Origin: Pocillopora damicornis
Lineage: Eukaryota
Direction: 5' to 3'
DNA: 64,000 bases
NCBI RefSeq assembly: GCF_003704095.1
Contig: NW_020846062.1
Coordinates: forward strand, 62,001-126,000
Below are positions 63,143 through 64,000 of this stretch, piece by piece; position 1 is the first letter of the stretch; each line of letters starts with the position of its first letter. Made by a program: the position numbers and the translations under genes. The notes below the pieces were generated by a model. The model was given only the letters and a program-made list of their open reading frames with translations. It searched no databases and was not told the DNA's origin.

Positions 63143-63353
63143 TTAACCATTTAACCCCCAAGAGTGACCTGCCTCTTATTTCTCCTTACAATAACACCCC
63201 TAAATTCAACATTAAGGTCACGCGAATCAAGGAAATGATCACGAACTTATAAAGCTCTTGATTTTTAAATAAATTCTTCTTGTCAGCGCTTCAGGAAATT
63301 ATAGAGAGCAGTATGGAGAATATGCATACTGATGTTAGGGTGTAAAGGGTTAA
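63143..63353. mobile_element. TTAA-flanked MITE family B; other copies ~31301-31513, 34670-34876, 15315-15510, 18490-18630, and reverse copies ~52295-52510, 43290-43494
   Basis: Shared core agtgac..gcatctaatttctcc...gaaatgatca...agtatggagaatatgcata.tgatgt...tgtaaagggttaa. Confidence 0.8.
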
Positions 63354-64000
63354 CCCCTACGCTCTGGGTTAGAATCTTTCCCCCTTTTACCAACTGATTG
63401 ATTTTTGTCTATTAGCTCTAAATTCAACTCCTGGATCACATTAGTAATTCTCTTTACTGTCTGTTATACAATTCTTATCCTATTCGTTAGGAGAATTTGG
63501 TATTGGATTGACTAATAATCCCCTTATTGATATTTTCCTTTATTCTCATCACTCGTCTGCTTGATATTGTATTAATGTTGTGAGGAGAATTTCTGTCTTG
63601 GTCACTCATGGCTGTTACAGGGTAAATGATCGCAAAAAAATCAGCTTCAAAACAATTCATGGCTTGATGACTGGGTGTTCCTAACACAGTAGTGCTCATC
63701 GCCAATTTGTATTGTTAATATCTAGACTCTAATTCACGGATGACCACTAGCGGTATGCGTAAAGTCTACTTTGTGGAGCGTCGCAAAACCAAAACCAATG
63801 GAATTAAAAGAAGCAATCAGGAAAAAAAAATGAAAATATAACGAGGAGCTTAGGAGAACTCAAATAGAACCAAGCTACCGTCTGACGTGCGGCAAAACAA
63901 GAGTAACAAGTCACGATCTGATTGGCTTGGAGGGTGAGGCGCAGGCCATGCGCACGCGTCAATGAAAGCCTACTCGCAGGCACACTCACAGGCTGGGTGC

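Overview
Eukaryotic (animal) genomic DNA, AT-rich and intron-rich. The repeat families suggest a scleractinian coral or other cnidarian, but that is an inference. Almost the whole window (about 57.5 kb down to position 1, minus strand) is the 5' part of one giant spectraplakin gene of the MACF1/dystonin/Shot family. I traced 54 consecutive GT-AG exons with consistent reading phase, encoding CH1-CH2 actin-binding domain, plakin domain with SH3, and a spectrin-repeat rod. The gene runs off the left edge, so the expected EF-hand/GAS2 end is not visible. The last two coding exons of a HIP1/HIP1R (Sla2) gene lie upstream on the same strand (61.7-63.0 kb). The most notable observations are four. (1) An internal 216-codon candidate first exon (36460-37107) encodes an N-terminal transmembrane anchor and splices in frame just before the SH3 domain, predicting a membrane-tethered, actin-domain-less isoform. 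(2) A ~2.5-kb rod exon carries tandem EEYxDExGxRVRRxVxR motifs that resemble the ankyrin obscurin-binding motif. (3) There are several further alternative first exons, two resembling vertebrate plectin/MACF1 isoform-specific N-termini. (4) Sharply bounded CpG-depleted blocks lie just downstream of two candidate promoters. Introns hold TTAA-ended MITEs, a 1.25-kb TIR element, degenerate SINEs and decayed hammerhead-like motifs. Two N gaps are present. All calls were made by eye with no database search.
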